NCBI RefSeq assembly: GCF_009914755.1
Contig: NC_060937.1
DNA length: 64,000 nucleotides
Source of the DNA: the human T2T-CHM13v2.0 reference genome, Homo sapiens
Strand: one strand, 5' to 3'
Shown: in pieces, positions 25,518 to 40,133 of the stretch
Position numbering within the stretch: the first letter of the stretch is position 1
Layout: each line of letters opens with the position of its first letter
Made by a program: the position numbers and the translations under genes
Notes under the pieces: model-generated
The model's database searches: none
What the model saw: only the letters and a program-made list of their open reading frames with translations
Told to the model about the DNA's origin: nothing

Positions 25518-27385
25518 GTGTTTCAAACCTGCTCTATGAAAGGCCATGTTCATCTCTATGAGTCGAATGGAAATATCCGAAAGAAATTTCTGGGAATGCT
25601 GCTGTCTAGTTTTTATACGAATTCCCGCTTCCAACGAAATCCTCAAAGCAATCCAAATATCCACTTGCAGAATCCACAAAAAGAGTGTTTCAAAACTGCT
25701 CTATCAATAGAAAGGTTCAACTCTTTTAGTTGAGTACACACATCACAAACAAGTTTCTGAGAATGCTTCTGTCTGGCTTTTATTGGAAGACGTTTCCTTT
25801 TCACCAAAGGCATCAAAGCGCTCCAAATGTCCACTTCCAGATTCTTCCAAAAGAGTGTTTGAAACGTGCTCAAAGTAAGGGAATGTTCAACTCTGTGACT
25901 TGAATGCAGATATCACCAAGTAGTTTCTAATAGTGCTTCTGTCTAGATTTTAGATGATGATATTCCCGTTTCCAACGAAATCGTTAGAGCTATCCAAATA
26001 TCCACTTACAGTTGCTACAAAAACAGTGTTTCCAAACTGCTGCATCAAAAGAAAGGTTCAACTCTGTTAGTTGAGGACACACATCACAAAGAAGTTTGTG
26101 AGAATGCTTCTGTCTAGATTTTGTATGACCATATTCCCTTTTCCAGCGATATCATTAAAGCAATCTAAATATCCATTTGCAGAATCCACAAAAATAGAGT
26201 TTCAAAGCTGCTCTGTAAAAAGAAAGGTTCCACTCTGTTAGCTGAGTACACACATCACAAACTTGTTTCTCAGAATCCTTCTGTCTCGTTTTTATGGGAA
26301 GATATTTACTTTTTCACCGTAGGCATCAAAGCGCTCCAAATGTCCACATCCAGATACTCCAGAAAGAGTGTTTCAAACCTGCTCTATGAAAGGGAATCTT
26401 CAACTCTATGAGTTGAATGCAGACATCAGAAAGAAATTTCTGAGAATGCTGCTGTCTACCTTTTATTTGAACTCCCGCTTCCAACGAAATCCTCCAAGCT
26501 ATCCAAATATCCACTTGCATTTTCCACAAAAAGAGTGCTTCAAAACTGCTCTATCAATAAATGTTCAACTCCTTTAGCTGGGTGCACACATCACAAACAA
26601 GTTTCTGAGAATGCTTCTGTCTAGTTTTTATGGGAAGACATTCCCTTTTTCACCAAAGGCATCAAAGCGCTCCAAATGTCCACTTCCAGACACTACAAAA
26701 AGAGTGTTTCCAACGTGCTCTAAGAAAGCGAATGTTCAACTCTGTGACTTGAATGCAGATATCACAAAGTAGTTTCTGAGAGGGCTTCTGTCTAGATTTT
26801 AGATGATGATATTCCCGTTTCCAACGAAATCATTAGAGCTATCCAAATATCCACTTACGGTTTCTACAAAAAGAGTGTTTCCAAACTGCTGCATCAAAAG
26901 AGAGGTTCCACTCTGTTAGCTGAGTACACACATCACAAACTTGTTTCTGAGAATCCTTCTGTGTCGTTTTTATGGGAAGATATTTACTTTTTCACCGTAG
27001 GCATCAAAGCGCTCCAAATGTCCACATCCAGATACTCCAGAAAGAGTGTTTCAAACCTGCTCTATGAAAGGGAATCTTCAACTCTATGAGTTGAATGCAG
27101 ACATCAGAAAGAAATTTCTGAGAATGCTGCTGTCTACCTTTTATTTGAATTCCCGCTTCCAACGAAATCCTCCAAGCTATCCAAATATCCACTTGCAGAT
27201 TCCACAAAAAGAGTGTTTCAAAACTGCTCTCTATCAATGGCAAAGTTCAACTCTGTTAGTTGAGGACACATATCACCAACAAGTTTCTGAGAATGCTTCT
27301 GTCTATTTTTTATGGGAAGATATTTCCTTTTTCACCGTAGGCGTCAAGGCGATCGAAATGTCCACTTCCACAAACTACAAAAAGA
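25518..27385 (-). repeat. 11-mer HOR (1868 bp), A-del cassette
   Basis: Anchor spacing; gaactc, ataaatg, ttacgg. Confidence 0.93.
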
Positions 27386-29765
27386 GTGTTTCAAACTTGC
27401 TCTATGAAAGGCCATGTTCATTTCTATGAGTCGAATGGAAATATCCGAAAGAAATTTCTGGGAATGCTGCTGTCTAGTTTTTATACGAATTCCCGCTTCC
27501 AACGAAATCCTCAAAGCAATCCAAATATCCACTTGCAGAATCCACAAAAAGAGTGTTTCAAAACTGCTCTATCAATAGAAAGGTTCAACTCTTTTAGTTG
27601 AGTACACACATCACAAACAAGTTTCTGAGAATGCTTCTGTCTGGCTTTTATTGGAAGACGTTTCCTTTTCACCAAAGGCATCAAAGCGCTCCAAATGTCC
27701 ACTTCCAGATTCTTCCAAAAGAGTGTTTGAAACGTGCTCAAAGTAAGGGAATGTTCAACTCTGTGACTTGAATGCAGATATCACCAAGTAGTTTCTAATA
27801 GTGCTTCTGTCTAGATTTTAGATGATGATATTCCCGTTTCCAACGAAATCGTTAGAGCTATCCAAATATCCACTTACAGTTGCTACAAAAAGAGTGTTTC
27901 CAAACTGCTGCATCAAAAGAAAGGTTCAACTCTGTTAGTTGAGGACACACATCACAAAGAAGTTTGTGAGAATGCTTCTGTCTAGATTTTGTATGACCAT
28001 ATTCCCTTTTCCAACGATATCGTTAAAGCAATCTAAATATCCATTTGCAGAATCCACAAAAATAGAGTTTCAAAGCTGCTCTGTAAAAAGAAAGGTTCCA
28101 CTCTGTTAGCTGAGTACACACATCACAAACTTGTTTCTCAGAATCCTTCTGTCTCGTTTTTCTGGGAAGATATTTACTTTTTCACCGTAGGCATCAAAGC
28201 GCTCCAAATGTCCACATCCAGATACTCCAGAAAGAGTGTTTCAAACCTGCTCTATGAAAGGGAATCTTCAACTCTATGAGTTGAATGCAGACATCAGAAA
28301 GAAATTTCTGAGAATGCTGCTGTCTACCTTTTATTTGAATTCCCGCTTCCAACGAAATCCTCCAAGCTATCCAAATATCCACTTGCAGATTCCACAAAAA
28401 GAGTGTTTCAAAACTGCTCTCTATCAATGGCAAAGTTCAACTCTGTTAGTTGAGGACACATATCACCAACAAGTTTCTGAGAATGCTTCTGTCTATTTTT
28501 TATGGGAAGATATTTCCTTTTTCACCGTAGGCGTCAAGGCGATCGAAATGTCCACTTCCACAAACTACAAAAAGAGTGTTTCAAACCTGCTCTATGAAAG
28601 GCCATGTTCATCTCTATGAGTCGAATGGAAATATCCGAAAGAAATTTCTGGGAATGCTGCTGTCTAGTTTTTATACGAATTCCCGCTTCCAACGAAATCC
28701 TCAAAGCAATCCAAATATCCACTTGCAGAATCCACAAAAAGAGTGTTTCAAAACTGCTCTATCAATAGAAAGGTTCAACTCTTTTAGTTGAGTACACACA
28801 TCACAAACAAGTTTCTGAGAATGCTTCTGTCTGGCTTTTATTGGAAGACGTTTCCTTTTCACCAAAGGCATCAAAGCGCTCCAAATGTCCACTTCCAGAT
28901 TCTTCCAAAAGAGTGTTTGAAACGTGCTCAAAGTAAGGGAATGTTCAACTCTGTGACTTGAATGCAGATATCACCAAGTAGTTTCTAATAGTGCTTCTGT
29001 CTAGATTTTAGATGATGATATTCCCGTTTCCAACGAAATCGTTAGAGCTATCCAAATATCCACTTACAGTTGCTACAAAAACAGTGTTTCCAAACTGCTG
29101 CATCAAAAGAAAGGTTCAACTCTGTTAGTTGAGGACACACATCACAAAGAAGTTTGTGAGAATGCTTCTGTCTAGATTTTGTATGACGATATTCCCTTTT
29201 CCAACGATATCGTTAAAGCAATCTAAATATCCATTTGCAGAATCCACAAAAATAGAGTTTCAAAGCTGCTCTGTAAAAAGAAAGGTTCCACTCTGTTAGC
29301 TGAGTACACACATCACAAACTTGTTTCTCAGAATCCTTCTGTCTCGTTTTTATGGGAAGATATTTACTTTTTCACCGTAGGCATCAAAGCGCTCCAAATG
29401 TCCACATCCAGATACTCCAGAAAGAGTGTTTCAAACCTGCTCTATGAAAGGGAATCTTCAACTCTATGAGTTGAATGCAGACATCAGAAAGAAATTTCTG
29501 AGAATGCTGCTGTCTACCTTTTATTTGAATTCCCGCTTCCAACGAAATCCTCCAAGCTATCCAAATATCCACTTGCAGATTCCACAAAAAGAGTGTTTCA
29601 AAACTGCTCTCTATCAATGGCAAAGTTCAACTCTGTTAGTTGAGGACACATATCACCAACAAGTTTCTGAGAATGCTTCTGTCTATTTTTTATGGGAAGA
29701 TATTTCCTTTTTCACCGTAGGCGTCAAGGCGATCGAAATGTCCACTTCCACAAACTACAAAAAGA

Positions 29766-31635
29766 GTGTTTCAAACCTGCTCTATGAAAGGCCATGTTCA
29801 TCTCTATGAGTCGAATGGAAATATCCGAAAGAAATTTCTGGGAATGCTGCTGTCTAGTTTTTATACGAATTCCCGCTTCCAACGAAATCCTCAAAGCAAT
29901 CCAAATATCCACTTGCAGAATCCACAAAAAGAGTGTTTCAAAACTGCTCTATCAATAGAAAGGTTCAACTCTTTTAGTTGAGTACACACATCACAAACAA
30001 GTTTCTGAGAATGCTTCTGTCTGGCTTTTATTGGAAGACGTTTCCTTTTCACCAAAGGCATCAAAGCGCTCCAAATGTCCACTTCCAGATTCTTCCAAAA
30101 GAGTGTTTGAAACGTGCTCAAAGTAAGGGAATGTTCAACTCTGTGACTTGAATGCAGATATCACCAAGTAGTTTCTAATAGTGCTTCTGTCTAGATTTTA
30201 GATGATGATATTCCCGTTTCCAACGAAATTGTTAGAGCTATCCAAATATCCACTTACAGTTTCTACAAAAAGAGTGTTTCCAAACTGCTGCATCAAAAGA
30301 AAGGTTCAACTCTGTTAGTTGAGGACACACATCACAAAGAAGTTTGTGAGAATGCTTCTGTCTAGATTTTGTATGACCATATTCCCTTTTCCAGCGATAT
30401 CATTAAAGCAATCTAAATATCCATTTGCAGAATCCACAAAAATAGAGTTTCAAAGCTGCTCTGTAAAAAGAAAGGTTCCACTCTGTTAGCTGAGTACACA
30501 CATCACAAACTTGTTTCTGAGAATCCTTCTGTCTCGTTTTTATGGGAAGATATTTACTTTTTCACCGTAGGCATCAAAGCGCTCCAAATGTCCACATCCA
30601 GATACTCCAGAAAGAGTGTTTCAAACCTGCTCTATGAAAGGGAATCTTCAACTCTATGAGTTGAATGCAGACATCAGAAAGAAATTTCTGAGAATGCTGC
30701 TGTCTACCTTTTATTTGAATTCCCGCTTCCAACGAAATCCTCCAAGCTATCCAAATATCCACCTGCATTTTCCACAAAAAGAGCGTTTCAAAACTGCTCT
30801 ATCAATAGAAATGTTCAACTCCTTTGGCTGGGTACACACATCACAAACAAGTTTCTGAGAATGCTTCTGTCTAGTTTTTATGGGAAGACATTCCCTTTTT
30901 CACCAAAGGCATCAAAGCGCTCCAGATGTCCACTTCCAGACACTACAAAAAGAGTGTTTCCAACGTGCTCTAAGAAAGCGAATGTTCAACTCTGTGACTT
31001 GAATGCAGATATCACAAAGTAGTTTCTGAGAGGGCTTCTGTCTAGATTTTAGATGATGATATTCCCGTTTCCAACGAAATCATTAGAGCTATCCAAATAT
31101 CCACTTACAGTTTCTACAAAAAGAGTGTTTCCAAACTGCTGCATCAAAAGAGAGGTTCCACTCTGTTAGCTGAGTACACACATCACAAACTTGTTTCTCA
31201 GAATCCTTCTGTCTCGTTTTTCTGGGAAGATATTTACTTTTTCACCGTAGGCATCAAAGCGCTCCAAATGTCCACATCCAGATACTCCAGAAAGAGTGTT
31301 TCAAACCTGCTCTATGAAAGGGAATCTTCAACTCTATGAGTTGAATGCAGACATCAGAAAGAAATTTCTGAGAATGCTGCTGTCTACCTTTTATTTGAAT
31401 TCCCGCTTCCAACGAAATCCTCCAAGCTATCCAAATATCCACTTGCAGATTCCACAAAAAGAGTGTTTCAAAACTGCTCTCTATCAATGGCAAAGTTCAA
31501 CTCTGTTAGTTGAGGACACATATCACCAACAAGTTTCTGAGAATGCTTCTGTCTATTTTTTATGGGAAGATATTTCCTTTTTCACCGTAGGCGTCAAGGC
31601 GATCGAAATGTCCACTTCCACAAACTACAAAAAGA
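29766..31635 (-). repeat. 11-mer HOR (1870 bp), B cassette
   Basis: ccacctgc, gagcgtttc, atagaaatg, tttggctgggtac. Confidence 0.93.
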
Positions 31636-34600
31636 GTGTTTCAAACCTGCTCTATGAAAGGCCATGTTCATCTCTATGAGTCGAATGGAAATATCCGAAA
31701 GAAATTTCTGGGAATGCTGCTGTCTAGTTTTTATACGAATTCCCGCTTCCAACGAAATCCTCAAAGCAATCCAAATATCCACTTGCAGAATCCACAAAAA
31801 GAGTGTTTCAAAACTGCTCTATCAATAGAAAGGTTCAACTCTTTTAGTTGAGTACACACATCACAAACAAGTTTCTGAGAATGCTTCTGTCTGGCTTTTA
31901 TTGGAAGACGTTTCCTTTTCACCAAAGGCATCAAAGCGCTCCAAATGTCCACTTCCAGATTCTTCCAAAAGAGTGTTTGAAACGTGCTCAAAGTAAGGGA
32001 ATGTTCAACTCTGTGACTTGAATGCAGATATCACCAAGTAGTTTCTAATAGTGCTTCTGTCTAGATTTTAGATGATGATATTCCCGTTTCCAACGAAATC
32101 GTTAGAGCTATCCAAATATCCACTTACAGTTGCTACAAAAACAGTGTTTCCAAACTGCTGCATCAAAAGAAAGGTTCAACTCTGTTAGTTGAGGACACAC
32201 GTCACAAAGAAGTTTGTGAGAATGCTTCTGTCTAGATTTTGTATGACGATATTCCCTTTTCCAACGATATCGTTAAAGCAATCTAAATATCCATTTGCAG
32301 AATCCACAAAAATAGAGTTTCAAAGCTGCTCTGTAAAAAGAAAGGTTCCACTCTGTTAGCTGAGTACACACATCACAAACTTGTTTCTCAGAATCCTTCT
32401 GTCTCGTTTTTCTGGGAAGATATTTACTTTTTCACCGTAGGCATCAAAGCGCTCCAAATGTCCACATCCAGATACTCCAGAAAGAGTGTTTCAAACCTGC
32501 TCTATGAAAGGGAATCTTCAACTCTATGAGTTGAATGCAGACATCAGAAAGAAATTTCTGAGAATGCTGCTGTCTACCTTTTATTTGAATTCCCGCTTCC
32601 AACGAAATCCTCCAAGCTATCCAAATATCCACTTGCAGATTCCACAAAAAGAGTGTTTCAAAACTGCTCTCTATCAATGGCAAAGTTCAACTCTGTTAGT
32701 TGAGGACACATATCACCAACAAGTTTCTGAGAATGCTTCTGTCTATTTTTTATGGGAAGATATTTCCTTTTTCACCGTAGGCGTCAAGGCGATCGAAATG
32801 TCCACTTCCACAAACTACAAAAAGAGTGTTTCAAACCTGCTCTATGAAAGGCCATGTTCATCTCTATGAGTCGAATGGAAATATCCGAAAGAAATTTCTG
32901 GGAATGCTGCTGTCTAGTTTTTATACGAATTCCCGCTTCCAACGAAATCCTCAAAGCAATCCAAATATCCACTTGCAGAATCCACAAAAAGAGTGTTTCA
33001 AAACTGCTCTATCAATAGAAAGGTTCAACTCTTTTAGTTGAGTACACACATCACAAACAAGTTTCTGAGAATGCTTCTGTCTGGCTTTTATTGGAAGACG
33101 TTTCCTTTTCACCAAAGGCATCAAAGCGCTCCAAATGTCCACTTCCAGATTCTTCCAAAAGAGTGTTTGAAACGTGCTCAAAGTAAGGGAATGTTCAACT
33201 CTGTGACTTGAATGCAGATATCACCAAGTAGTTTCTAATAGTGCTTCTGTCTAGATTTTAGATGATGATATTCCCGTTTCCAACGAAATCGTTAGAGCTA
33301 TCCAAATATCCCCTTACAGTTGCTACAAAAACAGTGTTTCCAAACTGCTGCATCAAAAGAAAGGTTCAACTCTGTTAGTTGAGGACACACATCACAAAGA
33401 AGTTTGTGAGAATGCTTCTGTCTAGATTTTGTATGACGATATTCCCTTTTCCAACGATATCGTTAAAGCAATCTAAATATCCATTTGCAGAATCCACAAA
33501 AATAGAGTTTCAAAGCTGCTCTGTAAAAAGAAAGGTTGCACTCTGTTAGCTGAGTACACACATCACAAACTTGTTTCTCAGAATCCTTCTGTCTCGTTTT
33601 TCTGGGAAGATATTTACTTTTTCACCGTAGGCATCAAAGCGCTCCAAATGTCCACATCCAGATACTCCAGAAAGAGTGTTTCAAACCTGCTCTATGAAAG
33701 GGAATCTTCAACTCTATGAGTTGAATGCAGACATCAGAAAGAAATTTCTGAGAATGCTGCTGTCTACCTTTTATTTGAATTCCCGCTTCCAACGAAATCC
33801 TCCAAGCTATCCAAATATCCACTTGCAGATTCCACAAAAAGAGTGTTTCAAAACTGCTCTCTATCAATGGCAAAGTTCAACTCTGTTAGTTGAGGACACA
33901 TATCACCAACAAGTTTCTGAGAATGCTTCTGTCTATTTTTTATGGGAAGATATTTCCTTTTTCACCGTAGGCGTCAAGGCGATCGAAATGTCCACTTCCA
34001 CAAACTACAAAAAGAGTGTTTCAAACCTGCTCTATGAAAGGCCATGTTCATCTCTATGAGTCGAATGGAAATATCCGAAAGAAATTTCTGGGAATGCTGC
34101 TGTCTAGTTTTTATACGAATTCCCGCTTCCAACGAAATCCTCAAAGCAATCCAAATATCCACTTGCAGAATCCACAAAAAGAGTGTTTCAAAACTGCTCT
34201 ATCAATAGAAAGGTTCAACTCTTTTAGTTGAGTACACACATCACAAACAAGTTTCTGAGAATGCTTCTGTCTGGCTTTTATTGGAAGACGTTTCCTTTTC
34301 ACCAAAGGCATCAAAGCGCTCCAAATGTCCACTTCCAGATTCTTCCAAAAGAGTGTTTGAAACGTGCTCAAAGTAAGGGAATGTTCAACTCTGTGACTTG
34401 AATGCAGATATCACCAAGTAGTTTCTAATAGTGCTTCTGTCTAGATTTTAGATGATGATATTCCCGTTTCCAACGAAATCGTTAGAGCTATCCAAATATC
34501 CACTTACAGTTGCTACAAAAACAGTGTTTCCAAACTGCTGCATCAAAAGAAAGGTTCAACTCTGTTAGTTGAGGACACACGTCACAAAGAAGTTTGTGAG

Positions 34601-35205
34601 AATGCTTCTGTCTAGATTTTGTATGACGATATTCCCTTTTCCAACGATATCGTTAAAGCAATCTAAATATCCATTTGCAGAATCCACAAAAATAGAGTTT
34701 CAAAGCTGCTCTGTAAAAAGAAAGGTTCCACTCTGTTAGCTGAGTACACACATCACAAACTTGTTTCTCAGAATCCTTCTGTCTCGTTTTTCTGGGAAGA
34801 TATTTACTTTTTCACCGTAGGCATCAAAGCGCTCCAAATGTCCACATCCAGATACTCCAGAAAGAGTGTTTCAAACCTGCTCTATGAAAGGGAATCTTCA
34901 ACTCTATGAGTTGAATGCAGACATCAGAAAGAAATTTCTGAGAATGCTGCTGTCTACCTTTTATTTGAATTCCCGCTTCCAACGAAATCCTCCAAGCTAT
35001 CCAAATATCCACTTGCAGATTCCACAAAAAGAGTGTTTCAAAACTGCTCTCTATCAATGGCAAAGTTCAACTCTGTTAGTTGAGGACACATATCACCAAC
35101 AAGTTTCTGAGAATGCTTCTGTCTATTTTTTATGGGAAGATATTTCCTTTTTCACCGTAGGCGTCAAGGCGATCGAAATGTCCACTTCCACAAACTACAA
35201 AAAGA

Positions 35206-37073
35206 GTGTTTCAAACCTGCTCTATGAAAGGCCATGTTCATCTCTATGAGTCGAATGGAAATATCCGAAAGAAATTTCTGGGAATGCTGCTGTCTAGTTT
35301 TTATACGAATTCCCGCTTCCAACGAAATCCTCAAAGCAATCCAAATATCCACTTGCAGAATCCACAAAAAGAGTGTTTCAAAACTGCTCTATCAATAGAA
35401 AGGTTCAACTCTTTTAGTTGAGTACACACATCACAAACAAGTTTCTGAGAATGCTTCTGTCTGGCTTTTATTGGAAGACGTTTCCTTTTCACCGAAGGCA
35501 TCAAAGCGCTCCAAATGTCCACTTCCAGATTCTTCCAAAAGAGTGTTTGAAACGTGCTCAAAGTAAGGGAATGTTCAACTCTGTGACTTGAATGCAGATA
35601 TCACCAAGTAGTTTCTAATAGTGCTTCTGTCTAGATTTTAGATGATGATATTCCCGTTTCCAACGAAATCGTTAGAGCTATCCAAATATCCACTTAGTTT
35701 CTACAAAAAGAGTGTTTCCAAACTGCTGCATCAAAAGAAAGGTTCAACTCTGTTAGTTGAGGACACACATCACAAAGAAGTTTGTGAGAATGCTTCTGTC
35801 TAGATTTTGTATGACCATATTCCCTTTTCCAGCGATATCATTAAAGCAATCTAAATATCCATTTGCAGAATCCACAAAAATAGAGTTTCAAAGCTGCTCT
35901 GTAAAAAGAAAGGTTCCACTCTGTTAGCTGAGTACACACATCACAAACTTGTTTCTCAGAATCCTTCTGTCTCGTTTTTATGGGAAGATATTTACTTTTT
36001 CACCGTAGGCATCAAAGCGCTCCAAATGTCCACATCCAGATACTCCAGAAAGAGTGTTTCAAACCTGCTCTATGAAAGGGAATCTTCAACTCTATGAGTT
36101 GAATGCAGACATCAGAAAGAAATTTCTGAGAATGCTGCTGTCTACCTTTTATTTGAATTCCCGCTTCCAACGAAATCCTCCAAGCTATCCAAATATCCAC
36201 CTGCATTTTCCACAAAAAGAGCGTTTCAAAACTGCTCTATCAATAGAAATGTTCAACTCCTTTGGCTGGGTACACACATCACAAACAAGTTTCTGAGAAT
36301 GCTTCTGTCTAGTTTTTATGGGAAGACATTCCCTTTTTCACCAAAGGCATCAAAGCGCTCCAAATGTCCACTTCCAGACACTACAAAAAGAGTGTTTCCA
36401 ACGTGCTCTAAGAAAGCGAATGTTCAACTCTGTGACTTGAATGCAGATATCACAAAGTAGTTTCTGAGAGGGCTTCTGTCTAGATTTTAGATGATGATAT
36501 TCCCGTTTCCAACGAAATCATTAGAGCTATCCAAATATCCACTTACAGTTTCTACAAAAAGAGTGTTTCCAAACTGCTGCATCAAAAGAGAGGTTCCACT
36601 CTGTTAGCTGAGTACACACATCACAAACTTGTTTCTCAGAATCCTTCTGTCTCGTTTTTCTGGGAAGATATTTACTTTTTCACCGTAGGCATCAAAGCGC
36701 TCCAAATGTCCACATCCAGATACTCCAGAAAGAGTGTTTCAAACCTGCTCTATGAAAGGGAATCTTCAACTCTATGAGTTGAATGCAGACATCAGAAAGA
36801 AATTTCTGAGAATGCTGCTGTCTACCTTTTATTTGAATTCCCGCTTCCAACGAAATCCTCCAAGCTATCCAAATATCCACTTGCAGATTCCACAAAAAGA
36901 GTGTTTCAAAACTGCTCTCTATCAATGGCAAAGTTCAACTCTGTTAGTTGAGGACACATATCACCAACAAGTTTCTGAGAATGCTTCTGTCTATTTTTTA
37001 TGGGAAGATATTTCCTTTTTCACCGTAGGCGTCAAGGCGATCGAAATGTCCACTTCCACAAACTACAAAAAGA
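35206..37073 (-). repeat. 11-mer HOR (1868 bp), B cassette with upstream 2-bp deletion
   Basis: cacttagtttc at ~35696; B-type SNPs. Confidence 0.93.
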
Positions 37074-38263
37074 GTGTTTCAAACCTGCTCTATGAAAGGC
37101 CATGTTCATCTCTATGAGTCGAATGGAAATATCCGAAAGAAATTTCTGGGAATGCTGCTGTCTAGTTTTTATACGAATTCCCGCTTCCAACGAAATCCTC
37201 AAAGCAATCCAAATATCCACTTGCAGAATCCACAAAAAGAGTGTTTCAAAACTGCTCTATCAATAGAAAGGTTCAACTCTTTTAGTTGAGTACACACATC
37301 ACAAACAAGTTTCTGAGAATGCTTCTGTCTGGCTTTTATTGGAAGACGTTTCCTTTTCACCAAAGGCATCAAAGCGCTCCAAATGTCCACTTCCAGATTC
37401 TTCCAAAAGAGTGTTTGAAACGTGCTCAAAGTAAGGGAATGTTCAACTCTGTGACTTGAATGCAGATATCACCAAGTAGTTTCTAATAGTGCTTCTGTCT
37501 AGATTTTAGATGATGATATTCCCGTTTCCAACGAAATCGTTAGAGCTATCCAAATATCCACTTACAGTTGCTACAAAAACAGTGTTTCCAAACTGCTGCA
37601 TCAAAAGAAAGGTTCAACTCTGTTAGTTGAGGACACACATCACAAAGAAGTTTGTGAGAATGCTTCTGTCTAGATTTTGTATGACGATATTCCCTTTTCC
37701 AACGATATCGTTAAAGCAATCTAAATATCCATTTGCAGAATCCACAAAAATAGAGTTTCAAAGCTGCTCTGTAAAAAGAAAGGTTCCACTCTGTTAGCTG
37801 AGTACACACATCACAAACTTGTTTCTCAGAATCCTTCTGTCTCGTTTTTATGGGAAGATATTTACTTTTTCACCGTAGGCATCAAAGCGCTCCAAATGTC
37901 CACATCCAGATACTCCAGAAAGAGTGTTTCAAACCTGCTCTATGAAAGGGAATCTTCAACTCTATGAGTTGAATGCAGACATCAGAAAGAAATTTCTGAG
38001 AATGCTGCTGTCTACCTTTTATTTGAATTCCCGCTTCCAACGAAATCCTCCAAGCTATCCAAATATCCACTTGCAGATTCCACAAAAAGAGTGTTTCAAA
38101 ACTGCTCTCTATCAATGGCAAAGTTCAACTCTGTTAGTTGAGGACACATATCACCAACAAGTTTCTGAGAATGCTTCTGTCTATTTTTTATGGGAAGATA
38201 TTTCCTTTTTCACCGTAGGCGTCAAGGCGATCGAAATGTCCACTTCCACAAACTACAAAAAGA

Positions 38264-40133
38264 GTGTTTCAAACCTGCTCTATGAAAGGCCATGTTCATC
38301 TCTATGAGTCGAATGGAAATATCCGAAAGAAATTTCTGGGAATGCTGCTGTCTAGTTTTTATACGAATTCCCGCTTCCAACGAAATCCTCAAAGCAATCC
38401 AAATATCCACTTGCAGAATCCACAAAAAGAGTGTTTCAAAACTGCTCTATCAATAGAAAGGTTCAACTCTTTTAGTTGAGTACACACATCACAAACAAGT
38501 TTCTGAGAATGCTTCTGTCTGGCTTTTATTGGAAGACGTTTCCTTTTCACCAAAGGCATCAAAGCGCTCCAAATGTCCACTTCCAGATTCTTCCAAAAGA
38601 GTGTTTGAAACGTGCTCAAAGTAAGGGAATGTTCAACTCTGTGACTTGAATGCAGATATCACCAAGTAGTTTCTAATAGTGCTTCTGTCTAGATTTTAGA
38701 TGATGATATTCCCGTTTCCAACGAAATTGTTAGAGCTATCCAAATATCCACTTACAGTTTCTACAAAAAGAGTGTTTCCAAACTGCTGCATCAAAAGAAA
38801 GGTTCAACTCTGTTAGTTGAGGACACACATCACAAAGAAGTTTGTGAGAATGCTTCTGTCTAGATTTTGTATGACCATATTCCCTTTTCCAGCGATATCA
38901 TTAAAGCAATCTAAATATCCATTTGCAGAATCCACAAAAATAGAGTTTCAAAGCTGCTCTGTAAAAAGAAAGGTTCCACTCTGTTAGCTGAGTACACACA
39001 TCACAAACTTGTTTCTGAGAATCCTTCTGTCTCGTTTTTATGGGAAGATATTTACTTTTTCACCGTAGGCATCAAAGCGCTCCAAATGTCCACATCCAGA
39101 TACTCCAGAAAGAGTGTTTCAAACCTGCTCTATGAAAGGGAATCTTCAACTCTATGAGTTGAATGCAGACATCAGAAAGAAATTTCTGAGAATGCTGCTG
39201 TCTACCTTTTATTTGAATTCCCGCTTCCAACGAAATCCTCCAAGCTATCCAAATATCCACCTGCATTTTCCACAAAAAGAGCGTTTCAAAACTGCTCTAT
39301 CAATAGAAATGTTCAACTCCTTTGGCTGGGTACACACATCACAAACAAGTTTCTGAGAATGCTTCTGTCTAGTTTTTATGGGAAGACATTCCCTTTTTCA
39401 CCAAAGGCATCAAAGCGCTCCAAATGTCCACTTCCAGACACTACAAAAAGAGTGTTTCCAACGTGCTCTAAGAAAGCGAATGTTCAACTCTGTGACTTGA
39501 ATGCAGATATCACAAAGTAGTTTCTGAGAGGGCTTCTGTCTAGATTTTAGATGATGATATTCCCGTTTCCAACGAAATCATTAGAGCTATCCAAATATCC
39601 ACTTACAGTTTCTACAAAAAGAGTGTTTCCAAACTGCTGCATCAAAAGAGAGGTTCCACTCTGTTAGCTGAGTACACACATCACAAACTTGTTTCTCAGA
39701 ATCCTTCTGTCTCGTTTTTCTGGGAAGATATTTACTTTTTCACCGTAGGCATCAAAGCGCTCCAAATGTCCACATCCAGATACTCCAGAAAGAGTGTTTC
39801 AAACCTGCTCTATGAAAGGGAATCTTCAACTCTATGAGTTGAATGCAGACATCAGAAAGAAATTTCTGAGAATGCTGCTGTCTACCTTTTATTTGAATTC
39901 CCGCTTCCAACGAAATCCTCCAAGCTATCCAAATATCCACTTGCAGATTCCACAAAAAGAGTGTTTCAAAACTGCTCTCTATCAATGGCAAAGTTCAACT
40001 CTGTTAGTTGAGGACACATATCACCAACAAGTTTCTGAGAATGCTTCTGTCTATTTTTTATGGGAAGATATTTCCTTTTTCACCGTAGGCGTCAAGGCGA
40101 TCGAAATGTCCACTTCCACAAACTACAAAAAGA
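38264..40133 (-). repeat. 11-mer HOR (1870 bp), B cassette
   Basis: Copy of the 29766 unit (shared T at 30230/38728). Confidence 0.93.
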
